From sequence record NC_027399.1: a DNA stretch of 64,000 nt; one strand, written 5' to 3'. Below the pieces are notes generated by a model. The model did not search any database, was not told where the DNA came from, and worked only from the letters and a program-made list of their open reading frames with translations. The translations under genes were made by a program, and so were the position numbers. Within the stretch, counting starts at the first letter, position 1; the number at the start of each line of letters is the position of its first letter. Shown in pieces: positions 22,197-32,566 of the stretch.

Positions 22197-24524
22197 ATGG
22201 AAAATTTTACTCCTTTATGGGATATAAAATCGGAATCTGAATTTATTCAAGAGAGTGCTGACATATTAGTAACAACAAATATTAATAAAGATCCAGATGA
22301 TAAAAACACTTCGTATGTTCTCAAGGACGGGGAATATATACTAATTCAGTTTCTAATAGAAACAAAAAATAAAGATGATACCAGTTTTGTGGCAGAAGAC
22401 CATTATACGTTGTATGCCGGTGAAGATGTTAATAATTTGAAAAACATAACCACTGGTATTACTAAAAATAAATCAATCGCAGGAAATCACTATGCTAAAT
22501 TAACAAAAGAGCAATTTGATTTAATTGATGAAAATACATCACCCATCTGGTATTTCAAATTACATTGTAAAAATAACGGAACATTTGATAGTATTGAAAT
22601 TACTACATTTACAATAGTGAGTGTAACTCGCGTTTCTCCATCTGATAGCATTACCATTGGTACAATTACAACCAGTTCACAATCTATCACTTATAACAGT
22701 ACTGAATTTTGGGTAACTCCCGGTGTAGTTGTTGGTGATGATAACAATAATTATTGTATAGGTGATATTAGTTTCGGTAATGATAGTACTCTGTTTGTAC
22801 AGGCGTTTGGTCGTAAAGTACCAGGAACCACACCGAGAGTATTTTATCCAATTTATCGTTTAATGTCTATTACAGAAGATGAATTACCACAAACTGATAT
22901 TACTGGAAAGAGAGCAATTCTTTTTCCACAAAAAGAAGAATTCCCAATTACTGGCAATAACAAAGAAGTGAAAGTGAACATTCTTGATGAAACAACAAAA
23001 ACCTATGATACAGGTTTGGTGTTCAATCCAAATGGACAATTCTTACAAGCATTTTTATATGATTCATCACCATATGATTTGTATTTTAAAGTTCAAATAC
23101 AAGATATAGAAAGTTCGTATACTAATGATAGTGAGCGTTATGCAATTTCACAAAGTTTTAAATCCGGTCAGATGTTTTTATGTCCAAGTGAATTTGATTT
23201 CATTTATTCAAACGATGTTCCAGTCGCTAATCATTTATATCAGTTGAAATCTGGTGTTACTTACCCATATGTTGTTGACAGTGATACAGAAGACGGTTTG
23301 GAAAAACCCGTATTTAATAGTGATGACTGGGTTGATCTTGGTTTGTATGATAAAACACTGGGTACGGGGATTATTGGTGAAACAAAAATATTCAGAATGC
23401 TTGCAAACTCTGGTACTTCTGGTAAAATTAGTTTTATTACTGATAGTGATTTGGGTACTATTCATGTAGGTGAATATTTTGGTCACAGTACTTATCCTGT
23501 TATTGAAACAGATTCTGAATTTAACGTATCTTTTAAAATAGTATCAGGTTCTGATATTACAAAATATGGACTTGAATTAAAACCAAATGGTTATTTATGT
23601 GGTACTGCGTATGCTAAAAGTACTGATTTCACTGCAAATGATGATATCCCACTCGAATTTGAAGTTGAGGCTTATGATACTTCTGGTCTGAGAAATACAA
23701 AAACATTCCAATTAAGAATTATTCGTGGATTTGGAGAAAACTATATAAGTTCACATTTAGTACCATCTGTACAATTCGAAAGAGAATGGTTTAAATGTAT
23801 TAGTTCTACGATATTTGGTAATCAGCAATTATTCAGAATTTCTGACGAACGATATGGGTTACAAAAAGTTCCGCGTATTCTATTAAAAGAGAATTATGTT
23901 TCACAGGATTATAATTATAATACACTAAAAGAACTAAAAAGAGTACTAAGGAAAAATATTATTGATGAAAATAATATCCCACAAGGTACTTTCAATTTAG
24001 TAATGGGTAATTACAAAGTACTATCATGTCTTGACAATTTAGGAAATTTACAGTACGATTTATTATTCAGAGAAGTACACCCATCTGGTTCTATTATTTC
24101 AGTAAGTAATAATCCAAGAAGTTATTCGATTAAAAATTATACTTCTTTGACTGAAGTTTTTGGTTTAAGACAGAATTTGTTCAATGCTATTGGAGAAGAC
24201 ACTACCAATCTCATAACAGATCCAGATGATTTGAATAACAGGGGGTTATATGTAACGGGTTTGGACAGTTCACAAATGCTCGATACCGTTCCTCGTTTCA
24301 TGAATCATCCATATGAAGGTGATGGTCTTAGTTCTGAATTCATGGTATTAATACCGGTTGCTTACTGTTTGCCGGGTAAAGGCGATGATTTGTTCTATAA
24401 TCTCTATCAAAACAATGAGCACAAACTTATGGTAGGTACTGAATTTGAAGTTCCAGCAGTTGAATTTATTACTCATGTTGGCTATATGAAGGAAAAATTT
24501 CAAATTATTTTACAAAAATCTTAA
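22197..24524 (+). CDS. virion structural protein (baseplate/tail-like, beta-rich, Ig-like segment)
   Basis: 775 aa, S/T/G-rich; GLELKPNGYLCGT..FEVEAYD resembles a He_PIG/cadherin-like module; late promoter. Confidence 0.55.
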   Translation: MENFTPLWDIKSESEFIQESADILVTTNINKDPDDKNTSYVLKDGEYILIQFLIETKNKDDTSFVAEDHYTLYAGEDVNNLKNITTGITKNKSIAGNHYAKLTKEQFDLIDENTSPIWYFKLHCKNNGTFDSIEITTFTIVSVTRVSPSDSITIGTITTSSQSITYNSTEFWVTPGVVVGDDNNNYCIGDISFGNDSTLFVQAFGRKVPGTTPRVFYPIYRLMSITEDELPQTDITGKRAILFPQKEEFPITGNNKEVKVNILDETTKTYDTGLVFNPNGQFLQAFLYDSSPYDLYFKVQIQDIESSYTNDSERYAISQSFKSGQMFLCPSEFDFIYSNDVPVANHLYQLKSGVTYPYVVDSDTEDGLEKPVFNSDDWVDLGLYDKTLGTGIIGETKIFRMLANSGTSGKISFITDSDLGTIHVGEYFGHSTYPVIETDSEFNVSFKIVSGSDITKYGLELKPNGYLCGTAYAKSTDFTANDDIPLEFEVEAYDTSGLRNTKTFQLRIIRGFGENYISSHLVPSVQFEREWFKCISSTIFGNQQLFRISDERYGLQKVPRILLKENYVSQDYNYNTLKELKRVLRKNIIDENNIPQGTFNLVMGNYKVLSCLDNLGNLQYDLLFREVHPSGSIISVSNNPRSYSIKNYTSLTEVFGLRQNLFNAIGEDTTNLITDPDDLNNRGLYVTGLDSSQMLDTVPRFMNHPYEGDGLSSEFMVLIPVAYCLPGKGDDLFYNLYQNNEHKLMVGTEFEVPAVEFITHVGYMKEKFQIILQKS

Positions 24525-24537
24525 AAAGGAGTGTATA

Positions 24538-24846
24538 ATGTCTCATCCATTATTTGATGCCAGTGATTTTACAGATAAGGAATTATATGCTAAAATTAAT
24601 GAGCAAATTTTACGTATAGCAAAAGCACGCTCGATTGGTATGAGTGAATCAGTAATTAGTCAAATGCAGATGCTTTTGGATTCTTATTATACAGAAATTG
24701 AAAACAGATCAACCAAAAAGGTTATAAGTAAAATGGAAGATTCAGATCCTTGTGTGTTTGATTTGAGTTCATATCTGGAAGACAACGACGGTGTGAAGAA
24801 GAAAAATGAAAGTACAGGGAAACAGATATATAAGTCCCAATGGTGA
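24538..24846 (+). CDS. hypothetical protein
   Basis: 102 aa, GGAG RBS. Confidence 0.65.
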   Translation: MSHPLFDASDFTDKELYAKINEQILRIAKARSIGMSESVISQMQMLLDSYYTEIENRSTKKVISKMEDSDPCVFDLSSYLEDNDGVKKKNESTGKQIYKSQW

Positions 24847-25324
24847 TGTTAAATGTAATCTAAATGCAGTAGTTTATGCCATTAATTGTGGTGCTGATAT
24901 TCAGTACTTGCAATTAATGGATTTGGATGAAAGAGAAAGATTACTTTTCAATGATAACTGTAAGAAGTTTGGTTTAGAACAACGTATGTTGGACTACACA
25001 ATAGATCATGAACGTAATCATGAATTATGGTGCTATGATCCATTCTATGATAAAATCAACCTCAAAGAGTTCTTTTTGAGTAAATGTGAAACGCCAGAAG
25101 CAAGAGAGCGAGTTCTTTATGAACTGGAATTGTATGAATTTTACAATATGTCCAAATTACTTCGTTGTATGATTTGGTTGGTTGATTACTTTAAAGAAAA
25201 TAATATCTTTTGGGGTTTGGGTCGTGGTAGTTCAGTATCATCTTATTGTTTATTTTTGATTGGATTACATTTGGTGGATTCGTTGAAATACGATTTAGAT
25301 GTTAATGAATTTTTGAAATATTGA
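24806..25324 (+). CDS. stand-alone DNA polymerase III alpha (DnaE) fragment lacking catalytic PDxD
   Basis: RV.YEL..Y....FWGLGRGSSVSSYCLFLIGLH.VD.LKYDL....FL then stop. Confidence 0.75.
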   Translation: MKVQGNRYISPNGDVKCNLNAVVYAINCGADIQYLQLMDLDERERLLFNDNCKKFGLEQRMLDYTIDHERNHELWCYDPFYDKINLKEFFLSKCETPEARERVLYELELYEFYNMSKLLRCMIWLVDYFKENNIFWGLGRGSSVSSYCLFLIGLHLVDSLKYDLDVNEFLKY

Positions 25325-25327
25325 TTT

Positions 25328-25356
25328 TTGAACAAAAATCACAAAAATGATATAAT
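25328..25356 (+). promoter_or_regulatory. sigma70-type promoter
   Basis: TTGAAC-17-TATAAT. Confidence 0.65.
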
Positions 25357-25388
25357 AAAGAAAACAGTTAATAAAAAGGATTTTTAAA

Positions 25389-25736
25389 ATGGTAAAGCAC
25401 GTATCTTATCGTGGTAAAGTTGTTGATATGGAATTACTTAAATCACAAAACCAATATAAAGCTGCAATTGGTAATGCACAACTAAATGCTCGTGGTGATA
25501 AAATTGGTCGAGGTGGTACGGTCATTAAAACGCGTGAACAATTGATGCAAGAACGTGAAGCTGCATTACAGGTTCCTGATTTTATTCCAGTACAGAATTC
25601 TTCCAGTACTGAATATTCAACTGAATGGGATGATTCACAATTTAATGCATTTCCTGACATTACGGAATCGCCACAAGAAGCCCCAGCAGAAGTTCAGACG
25701 AAAAAAGCTGCACCACGTAGGACAAAAAAGGGTTAA
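25389..25736 (+). CDS. conserved phage hypothetical protein
   Basis: S.RGKVVDME.L..N...AIGN...NARGD.IGRGG.VIKTRE motif familiar from large myophages. Confidence 0.7.
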   Translation: MVKHVSYRGKVVDMELLKSQNQYKAAIGNAQLNARGDKIGRGGTVIKTREQLMQEREAALQVPDFIPVQNSSSTEYSTEWDDSQFNAFPDITESPQEAPAEVQTKKAAPRRTKKG

Positions 25737-25740
25737 AGCA

Positions 25741-26073
25741 ATGAATGATAAAGTATTGAAAGCATGTAGAGGTAAAGTACTCGTAACTGATTTGGAAGTA
25801 GGTGAGCGAGTAACAAATGGTGGTATTGTTTTAACTAATGACAACGGTCGCAGTCGAGGCATTCGTTCCCGATGGGCTAAAGTTTATTCAATTGGTGAAG
25901 GCGTAACTGGTATTGAAGAAGGTCAATGGATTTTAATTGATCATGGTCGATGGAGCCGCACTATTGAAGTTGACGGTATTAAACTAAATCTAGTTGATTA
26001 TCCAGCTTCGGTAATGTTAGTGTCAGATGACGACCCACGCCAGCGATGCACTTCATTTGGTTATTTTTCTTAA
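25741..26073 (+). CDS. groES: GroES-like co-chaperonin
   Basis: GKVLV..GERVTNGGIVL..R.AKV.SIG.G....G.W.L; start at ATG 25741. Confidence 0.85.
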   Translation: MNDKVLKACRGKVLVTDLEVGERVTNGGIVLTNDNGRSRGIRSRWAKVYSIGEGVTGIEEGQWILIDHGRWSRTIEVDGIKLNLVDYPASVMLVSDDDPRQRCTSFGYFS

Positions 26074-26081
26074 TATTATTA

Positions 26082-26110
26082 AAAGTCCAGAATATTCTGG
26101 ACTTTATTTT
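26082..26110 (+). terminator. rho-independent terminator
   Basis: AAAGTCCAG-AATATT-CTGGACTTT plus T tract. Confidence 0.65.
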
Positions 26111-26124
26111 TTAATGAGGAAAAT

Positions 26125-26394
26125 ATGATAACACCAGAAGGACAATTCAGCTTCAAAGATATTATATTAGTGTCAAAGAATAATAGATTTATGCTGGAAG
26201 ACAGAAAAAGAAAAAACAAAGTATATGAAGTACAACACGATACTTTTAAAACTATGTTAGTACTTGCTGCACAAGCAAAGGGGAGAGGATTTACTAAAAA
26301 AGTAAATTCATTTGAGTTTTTATATAACCAATTAGAAGTTACAGAAGATTTATTTACTGCATTAATGTATGATTTTACTGATTGGACTGATTAA
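26125..26394 (+). CDS. hypothetical protein
   Basis: 89-aa ORF, GAGG RBS. Confidence 0.65.
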   Translation: MITPEGQFSFKDIILVSKNNRFMLEDRKRKNKVYEVQHDTFKTMLVLAAQAKGRGFTKKVNSFEFLYNQLEVTEDLFTALMYDFTDWTD

Positions 26395-26405
26395 AGGAAA
26401 AATAA

Positions 26406-27365
26406 ATGAGTAGTAGTACTTTATGGACAGAAAAATATCGCCCACTTACAATGGATGATTATGTTTCAAAAAATGACGCCCTTCGTCAAAAAATGGAAGA
26501 ATGGATCCGTACTGGTGATATTCCCCATATTGGATTTTTTGGTCCAGCAGGAACTGGTAAAACCAGTGCAATTGGTGTTTTACTGAATGGATTGGAACAA
26601 AACGGTCACATTGATATGGGTGATGTGACTATTCTTAATATGAGTTCAGAAGGTATGGATGCTATTCGTGAAAAAATCGAAAGCACAGCACAGTTATCAT
26701 GTTATGGAAGATACAGGATTTTTGTTCTCGAAGAGTTTGAAACTACTTCACAGCGTTCACAAGGTTCAATGAAACGTATTATGGAAGATTATCATGAAAC
26801 TTCTCGCTTCATCATTACCAGTAATGAACCACATAAAATCCAAAAACCTATCATTTCCCGATTACAAGTAATTAATATCGAAAAACATGATATTGACCAA
26901 TTCATGACGCGAGTACTCGATATCCTTATCAAAGAAGGTGTTGAACTTGATACAGAAGAAAGTATTAATACAGTACAGGAATACATCAAAGCATCATACC
27001 CAGATTTTCGTAAAACACTAAATGTATTGCAACAAAATGTCATTAATGGTAAACTTGTCCACATGGAAGATAGTATTGAATCTTCTGCAACGTACAGAAC
27101 CGAGATAGTAGAAGCACTGAAAAACGGTACTATTCGTGCAATGCGTGAAAAAATTGTACAAAGTATTCCAGAAGATGAGATGGATGCATTCTTTTCTTAT
27201 CTGTACCGCAATGCTGAAATGTTCAGTACTGAACCTGTTACTCTGATGAAAATCAAAGTAAAAATTCGTGATGCAGTTGTTAAACAAGCTACTGTATCAG
27301 ACCGAGAAATGAATCTAAGTGCTTTACTTTGTGAAATAGATTTGATCTGTTCAGGGAATATGTAA
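26406..27365 (+). CDS. 44: sliding clamp loader ATPase subunit (gp44/RFC-like)
   Basis: LWTEKYRP, GPAGTGKTS, degenerate Walker B FVLEEFE, FIITSN, ISR, YPDFRK.LN.LQ. Confidence 0.92.
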   Translation: MSSSTLWTEKYRPLTMDDYVSKNDALRQKMEEWIRTGDIPHIGFFGPAGTGKTSAIGVLLNGLEQNGHIDMGDVTILNMSSEGMDAIREKIESTAQLSCYGRYRIFVLEEFETTSQRSQGSMKRIMEDYHETSRFIITSNEPHKIQKPIISRLQVINIEKHDIDQFMTRVLDILIKEGVELDTEESINTVQEYIKASYPDFRKTLNVLQQNVINGKLVHMEDSIESSATYRTEIVEALKNGTIRAMREKIVQSIPEDEMDAFFSYLYRNAEMFSTEPVTLMKIKVKIRDAVVKQATVSDREMNLSALLCEIDLICSGNM

Positions 27366-27368
27366 AAA

Positions 27369-27992
27369 ATGAATAAACAAGATTGTCTTGTATTTGATTG
27401 TGATGAAGTTCTTCTTAACCACTTAGGGGCTTTTCGCTCCTTTGTTTTTGAACATTACAATATCACACCGAATACTGAATACCCCGTTGAATATAATTTG
27501 GGATCGTGGTTTGATGTTTCTAACACTGAAATTAATGAAATGATCAAACACTTCAATGAACGTTCTTATCAATTCGGATTACTAGAACCATTACAGCACA
27601 ATACAGTAGAAGTAATGCATGAATTGCGAAGAGAATTCCCTAAAAATAAAATTGTAGTATTAACTAAATCAGGAACTGGTGGTCATGGTGAAGTACTTAG
27701 AAAAGTAAATTTAATTAATGTCTTCGGGTATATATTCGATGACATTATTATAATTGAAATGTATGAATCCAAAAAAGGTGCACTATATCAATTACAACAA
27801 AAATATAATGTAAAATTTTTAGTTGATGATTATATTAAAAATATCAAGGATGCTATGCAATTGGGAATTCGTGGTATTATGCTTAAATCCACATATAATG
27901 AAATTTACAGTTCAAGTACTGAATTTGATTATGTAAATAACTGGAGTGAGCTTAGATTAAAAATATACGAAATTTTGAACAGTAGTAAATAG
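27369..27992 (+). CDS. HAD-family 5'(3')-deoxyribonucleotidase-like phosphatase
   Basis: DCDEVL motif I, LT motif II, K..LVDD motifs III/IV. Confidence 0.75.
   Translation: MNKQDCLVFDCDEVLLNHLGAFRSFVFEHYNITPNTEYPVEYNLGSWFDVSNTEINEMIKHFNERSYQFGLLEPLQHNTVEVMHELRREFPKNKIVVLTKSGTGGHGEVLRKVNLINVFGYIFDDIIIIEMYESKKGALYQLQQKYNVKFLVDDYIKNIKDAMQLGIRGIMLKSTYNEIYSSSTEFDYVNNWSELRLKIYEILNSSK
27986..27991 (+). promoter_or_regulatory. late promoter-like TAAATA
   Basis: upstream of the 28030 gene pair. Confidence 0.45.
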
Positions 27993-28029
27993 TATATATG
28001 ATTGTAGATTTATAAAGGAATATAAAATT

Positions 28030-28575
28030 ATGCAAAACCCACAATCTACTATACAACAGTTATACGATAATCAGGGAATGTTGGATATTCTTATTGCTAT
28101 TGAAAAATATTTTGAAGATAATGATTTATATGCATATAAAGATATTCAAAGTGGTGAGATAGTTGAAGGCCCAAATATTGAAAAATACTGGGTAGAAATT
28201 GTACTGAAATATTATCGTGAAAATTTTCCAGATCCTGCTGCATTTAAAATTCTGGAACGTCATGGTACTAAAGTTAAAGTTAAAGGTGATTATGAAATTC
28301 GCCCAATTGAACACCCACGTTCCCGTAGAGATATGGAGCAAGTTCCTGCACAAAATGGTACTGTTTCTATGCCCAAAGAAGAACGAGTACCAGTACTTTT
28401 AGTTAGAGTTCAAATTCCACGAAGTGTTATTAATCCAGAAAGCTTTGATGAATACAAACTAAGTATTGCTGAATTGAATAAATCTCAAATTCAGGATGTA
28501 TCAGAATTTGAATCTGATGTGGAACAAGATGCTCCGGTGTCAGATGATGAACAATCAAATGCCGGGGGTATGTAA
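28030..28575 (+). CDS. conserved hypothetical protein of large myophages
   Basis: E.YF...DLYAY.....GEIVEGPNI..YWV....PDP motif. Confidence 0.7.
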   Translation: MQNPQSTIQQLYDNQGMLDILIAIEKYFEDNDLYAYKDIQSGEIVEGPNIEKYWVEIVLKYYRENFPDPAAFKILERHGTKVKVKGDYEIRPIEHPRSRRDMEQVPAQNGTVSMPKEERVPVLLVRVQIPRSVINPESFDEYKLSIAELNKSQIQDVSEFESDVEQDAPVSDDEQSNAGGM

Positions 28576-29252
28576 TGAAAGAACAACTAAATGAACAAGG
28601 ACTGCGACCAAATATTCTTCATGATTTGGTATATCCAATTATTAGTATAGATGAATATGAACCTAAAATTAATCAAGATAATATCGTGGTTATGTTTCAG
28701 GTATTGAATAATTATGATGCAGCATATGATTTATCTTCTTTTATTGAGAAGACAAGTAAAAATGCCATTGATACTGAAGCAGCGGAAACACCTAATCTTG
28801 ATGGTCGTTATACTGTATTTGTCGAGATGCCACGAAATGTTGAATTTCCAGAAGCATTGTATGATATGATCGTTAATATTCAAAATCTGTGTCCAGATCC
28901 GAGTTGGAAATTACAGTTATATGGGGTTAATGATCCAATTGATTTGGATGTAAAGGAAATCACCAAACTGATTAATTTGAGTTCACCTGAGAGTATTAAA
29001 GAATTTTTAGATGTAGAAGACGTAAAAATACTAAATGAGGGTGTTTTACAAATTTCAGTACACAATAAGGATTTGTATTATAGTACCGCATCTGCATTTG
29101 GTTCGGAAGATTATGTAAAAAAACTTCTTTCCGAAAATGTTGATATTGATAACACACCTTTATCTAATTATCTGAGTACTGATTTTACTGTTGTTAGAAG
29201 TAATGACAAGTACATTGTTGAAAAGAATGGGAAATATTTAATACTTAAATAG
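28575..29252 (+). CDS. conserved hypothetical protein of large myophages (partner of the upstream gene)
   Basis: GLR...L.DLV...ISIDEY.PK...IV..F.V....A.DL..FIE..D.E...G.Y.VFVE.PR. Confidence 0.7.
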   Translation: MKEQLNEQGLRPNILHDLVYPIISIDEYEPKINQDNIVVMFQVLNNYDAAYDLSSFIEKTSKNAIDTEAAETPNLDGRYTVFVEMPRNVEFPEALYDMIVNIQNLCPDPSWKLQLYGVNDPIDLDVKEITKLINLSSPESIKEFLDVEDVKILNEGVLQISVHNKDLYYSTASAFGSEDYVKKLLSENVDIDNTPLSNYLSTDFTVVRSNDKYIVEKNGKYLILK

Positions 29253-29263
29253 GGATTTATTGT

Positions 29264-30079
29264 ATGAGAGTATTGAAATATGTACAAGCATTACACCAGA
29301 ATACTAAAATTGATGAATTCAAAAAAGAAAACGTCAAGAAACATGACAACAAAGATATAGCTATTAGGATGTATCTTCGTCGATTTGAGGTTAATCGAAT
29401 TGGAAAAAACTGGAGTGGTGAAGTAAGAGAAGATTTGGATACTGATGCAATACTAAAATCATATCTAGCCCGAAAAATTTACATCAACGAAAAGAGAATT
29501 TATATAGATCACTATCGTGAAATGGAAGAAAAGTTCACCGCTGGGTTATGGAAAATCTGGAGTATTGAACAATTTGGACACGAAGTACCTGAATTGAATG
29601 TACCAACTACATTCGAAGAATTACATAATATTTTAGTTAACAAAAATATTCATGATAAATTTTCTTTGAAAGATACTATAGATTTAGCATTGACACACAG
29701 TATGCTACATGGATACAATGGTTTCTTCGAAACGTTTGATGAATTCGATTTACTATGTGCACTACCAGGAGAGAAAAGTTGGACTTTGAGTCAAACATTT
29801 TCTCAAAAAAGCGATAACCGAAAACTGAGTCCACAACGCTGTATTCAAGTTGCTATTGCTATGTATAAACTGGACTATCTGAATTGTTCAGAACCATATC
29901 CACACTTCTGGAAGCAAAAAGCAATGGAATGTATGAACTATGCTTTGTGTAATATGGAAAAAAGTTATGAAATAAAATTCAGGAACGCAACTGTATACGA
30001 CAATCCTGAAATTTGTGAGAACCCAGACAGATACCCTCCACCAAAACCAATAGCTGAATACATCAAAAAAAGGACGTGA
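29264..30079 (+). CDS. hypothetical protein
   Basis: 271-aa ORF. Confidence 0.7.
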   Translation: MRVLKYVQALHQNTKIDEFKKENVKKHDNKDIAIRMYLRRFEVNRIGKNWSGEVREDLDTDAILKSYLARKIYINEKRIYIDHYREMEEKFTAGLWKIWSIEQFGHEVPELNVPTTFEELHNILVNKNIHDKFSLKDTIDLALTHSMLHGYNGFFETFDEFDLLCALPGEKSWTLSQTFSQKSDNRKLSPQRCIQVAIAMYKLDYLNCSEPYPHFWKQKAMECMNYALCNMEKSYEIKFRNATVYDNPEICENPDRYPPPKPIAEYIKKRT

Positions 30080-30093
30080 AAACGTCCTTTTTT
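30066..30093 (+). terminator. rho-independent terminator
   Basis: AAAAGGACG-TGAAAA-CGTCCTTTT plus T tract. Confidence 0.7.
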
Positions 30094-30095
30094 AT

Positions 30096-30124
30096 TTGAC
30101 AAATCATTTCAAAAGAGTTATAGT
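30096..30124 (+). promoter_or_regulatory. sigma70 promoter
   Basis: TTGACA-17-TATAGT. Confidence 0.7.
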
Positions 30125-30162
30125 ACTGAAAATGTTTAATTGAATAGGACGGATAAACCCAA

Positions 30163-31278
30163 ATGAAAGGTAAATTTTTCTTCAAAGAAAAAGGTAAAGA
30201 AATCGAAATCCAGGAGTTTGATTTCGAATACGTTCTTAATTCTTTGTGTAAAGAATATAATCGCCATTCCAACAAAGAGTATTGCTATACTGTGATTGTT
30301 AGTAGAACTTATAATTCTATTGGGGAACCAGTTTTTGATGTTCGCACATTAAATTTAAAAGAAATTTATTACGACAATGTTCGTTTGTGTGTATACGATC
30401 TCATGATGGACAAAATTGCATTTCGCCGTCCAGAAATCAAAAACTTACCAGTTCCTGCATTACAGAAAGAATACCAGGAATGGAAAGAAGGTAAAGTTAA
30501 AAAATCGAGTACGCCAGTTGTTGTCGATATTCCTTTTAAAGAACTAAAACGTACTGAAATCTCCAGTAACGATCATCGTATTCCAGATATTATGTCACAA
30601 TTTAATGTGGATAGTTCTAAAGCATTAAAAGTACTGGACTGGATTGTTAATCTTCCAGTATGTACACAAGAAGTTACAATTAAAGTTCAAAACATCAGTA
30701 CAAGACAACTGGAACTCAATGATGCATTACAACAACACAGTGAATATATTCATAAACTAATGAATAACTTAACATCTGCGTTAGAAACATTATTTCCATT
30801 AAAGCCAACATTTACTCAGAAGTTATTTGGTAAACAACCAGTTATTAAAATAGAACAATCTGATTTAAAAAATGTGATGGATACATTGAAGAAAGCAGTA
30901 CAGTATGACACCACTAAGTTTAATGGTATTGATACTATGTTTTCTTCTTTAATTAGTGATATTCGTGCAATGCAGGACGAATTTGGTACAGCAGAAAATG
31001 CATGTGATTTTGCTATCAGTACATTAGAAGATAACTTTGAATTTGAATTAATGAAAAATCGCATTCTGAAAATGTCGATTACTAATACATCATCAGAAGC
31101 TGCACTAATTGGGTTCAATAAGAAATACAGAATAGATGTGGATCAAATGGTTGATATTCAAACAACAACGATTCCATGGATTATCATGCGTTTGCAGAAT
31201 CAGGTAGGACAAACTGTTGATTCTGAAACAGTTGATATTCTTAAAAATTTGGCATACGGTAAAAAAGATGACAAATAA
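30163..31278 (+). CDS. TelA/KlaA-like helical protein with N-terminal extension
   Basis: C-terminal helical region with TFTQKLFGK and TTTIPW resembling TelA-family segments; adjacent to a clear TelA. Confidence 0.45.
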   Translation: MKGKFFFKEKGKEIEIQEFDFEYVLNSLCKEYNRHSNKEYCYTVIVSRTYNSIGEPVFDVRTLNLKEIYYDNVRLCVYDLMMDKIAFRRPEIKNLPVPALQKEYQEWKEGKVKKSSTPVVVDIPFKELKRTEISSNDHRIPDIMSQFNVDSSKALKVLDWIVNLPVCTQEVTIKVQNISTRQLELNDALQQHSEYIHKLMNNLTSALETLFPLKPTFTQKLFGKQPVIKIEQSDLKNVMDTLKKAVQYDTTKFNGIDTMFSSLISDIRAMQDEFGTAENACDFAISTLEDNFEFELMKNRILKMSITNTSSEAALIGFNKKYRIDVDQMVDIQTTTIPWIIMRLQNQVGQTVDSETVDILKNLAYGKKDDK

Positions 31279-31281
31279 CGG

Positions 31282-31309
31282 TTGACACAGTAACAGAGTG
31301 CTGTATAAT
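31282..31309 (+). promoter_or_regulatory. sigma70 promoter
   Basis: TTGACA-16-TATAAT. Confidence 0.65.
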
Positions 31310-31370
31310 CTTTTATATCGAAACAACATACAGCACTTAAAACTTTTAATTCACCGAAGGAAACATTACA

Positions 31371-32498
31371 ATGTCCGAGAAAGAAATTAATCCCACTAAA
31401 GCAGCCAAGAAAACTAACACTAAAACACGTAAAGCTCTAGCTATGGATGATTCTATCCTGGAAACTCCAAAAAAGAATCTACCGTCAAATGTTGCTTTGC
31501 GTGATACAAAAGGTACTCAACTCGCATTAACTATTGAAAACATCAATAGCATTGGTACTGTAACTGGTACTAAAGTTGCTGCATTAAGCAATGACATTCT
31601 AACTAAAGTCAATGCAAGTGATACCAGTACTGAATTTGGTAAATCAGTATCCACTATTCTGAATCTTACTCGTTCAGTTGATATTGAATCACTTGTACAG
31701 GATAAAAGCCTTATCGGTTGGTTGCGTTCTAAATTTGTTGATGTTAAACAAAAAGTAGGCGACCAGTACAAAAATAGTAAAGAACAAATTGATGAAATTC
31801 TTACAACTATGGAACGCGGTATTATCCGCCAACAAGGTGAGCAGACGTGGCTTGAAAATTCTTATAATGAAAGTAAGAACTATCTCTTTGAATTACGTGA
31901 TTCACTTGATAATTTGCTTGAAGTAACTGCTGAACAACAATCTATTCTTACTGAATACCAGAAAGATGAAAATGTTGATGTATATGTTATTCAAGATCAA
32001 AAAGCAATCGTGGATGCATTGGAACGTCAGGTTGATACCGTTCGTCGACTGATTCTGATGGTGGAAATTAATATTCCACAGATCGCGGCGATGAAGAAAG
32101 TTAATCTCAGTACTATCTCAAAATTCCATGATATGAAAACTATCATGATTCCGAGTTGGACTACTACTCTTAGTCAGAACTTGATCAGTGACCGTCAGAA
32201 AAAAGATCAAGAACTTACTGAATTGTTGGCTAATGAAACAAACCGTATGTTGCGTGTGGGAAGTGAAATGGTTGGTAAGAATATGATCGCAGCAGCTAAA
32301 GCAGCAGGTCGAGGTGTAGTTGATGTTGAAACTCTTCGTATTGCACAGAAAAACATCGTCGATGGTATGACTCAAGTTATTCATGAAGAGAAGAAACTGA
32401 AAGAAGAACGTGCTAATGCTGCAATTGAAATGAGTAAAATGTCACTTGAGTTAAAAGAAACTCTTCGTGATATTGCAGAGAAATCCGGTAAAATCTAA
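31371..32498 (+). CDS. telA: TelA/KlaB toxic anion resistance family protein
   Basis: coiled-coil; IPSW..L, TN.ML...E....AAK.AGRGVVDVETL..ER..A C-terminal TelA signature. Confidence 0.75.
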   Translation: MSEKEINPTKAAKKTNTKTRKALAMDDSILETPKKNLPSNVALRDTKGTQLALTIENINSIGTVTGTKVAALSNDILTKVNASDTSTEFGKSVSTILNLTRSVDIESLVQDKSLIGWLRSKFVDVKQKVGDQYKNSKEQIDEILTTMERGIIRQQGEQTWLENSYNESKNYLFELRDSLDNLLEVTAEQQSILTEYQKDENVDVYVIQDQKAIVDALERQVDTVRRLILMVEINIPQIAAMKKVNLSTISKFHDMKTIMIPSWTTTLSQNLISDRQKKDQELTELLANETNRMLRVGSEMVGKNMIAAAKAAGRGVVDVETLRIAQKNIVDGMTQVIHEEKKLKEERANAAIEMSKMSLELKETLRDIAEKSGKI

Positions 32499-32519
32499 TA
32501 CACAATCATACTCACAGTT

Positions 32520-32550
32520 AAAAAGGTTCCACTTCTGGAACCTTTTTTTA
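32520..32550 (+). terminator. rho-independent terminator
   Basis: AAAAGGTTCCA-CTTC-TGGAACCTTTT plus T tract. Confidence 0.75.
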
Positions 32551-32566
32551 ATATTGGAGGTTATTA

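Noticed and set aside
25741-26073. GroES without GroEL as a novelty
   Set aside because: Solo co-chaperonins are well known in T4-like phages (gp31).
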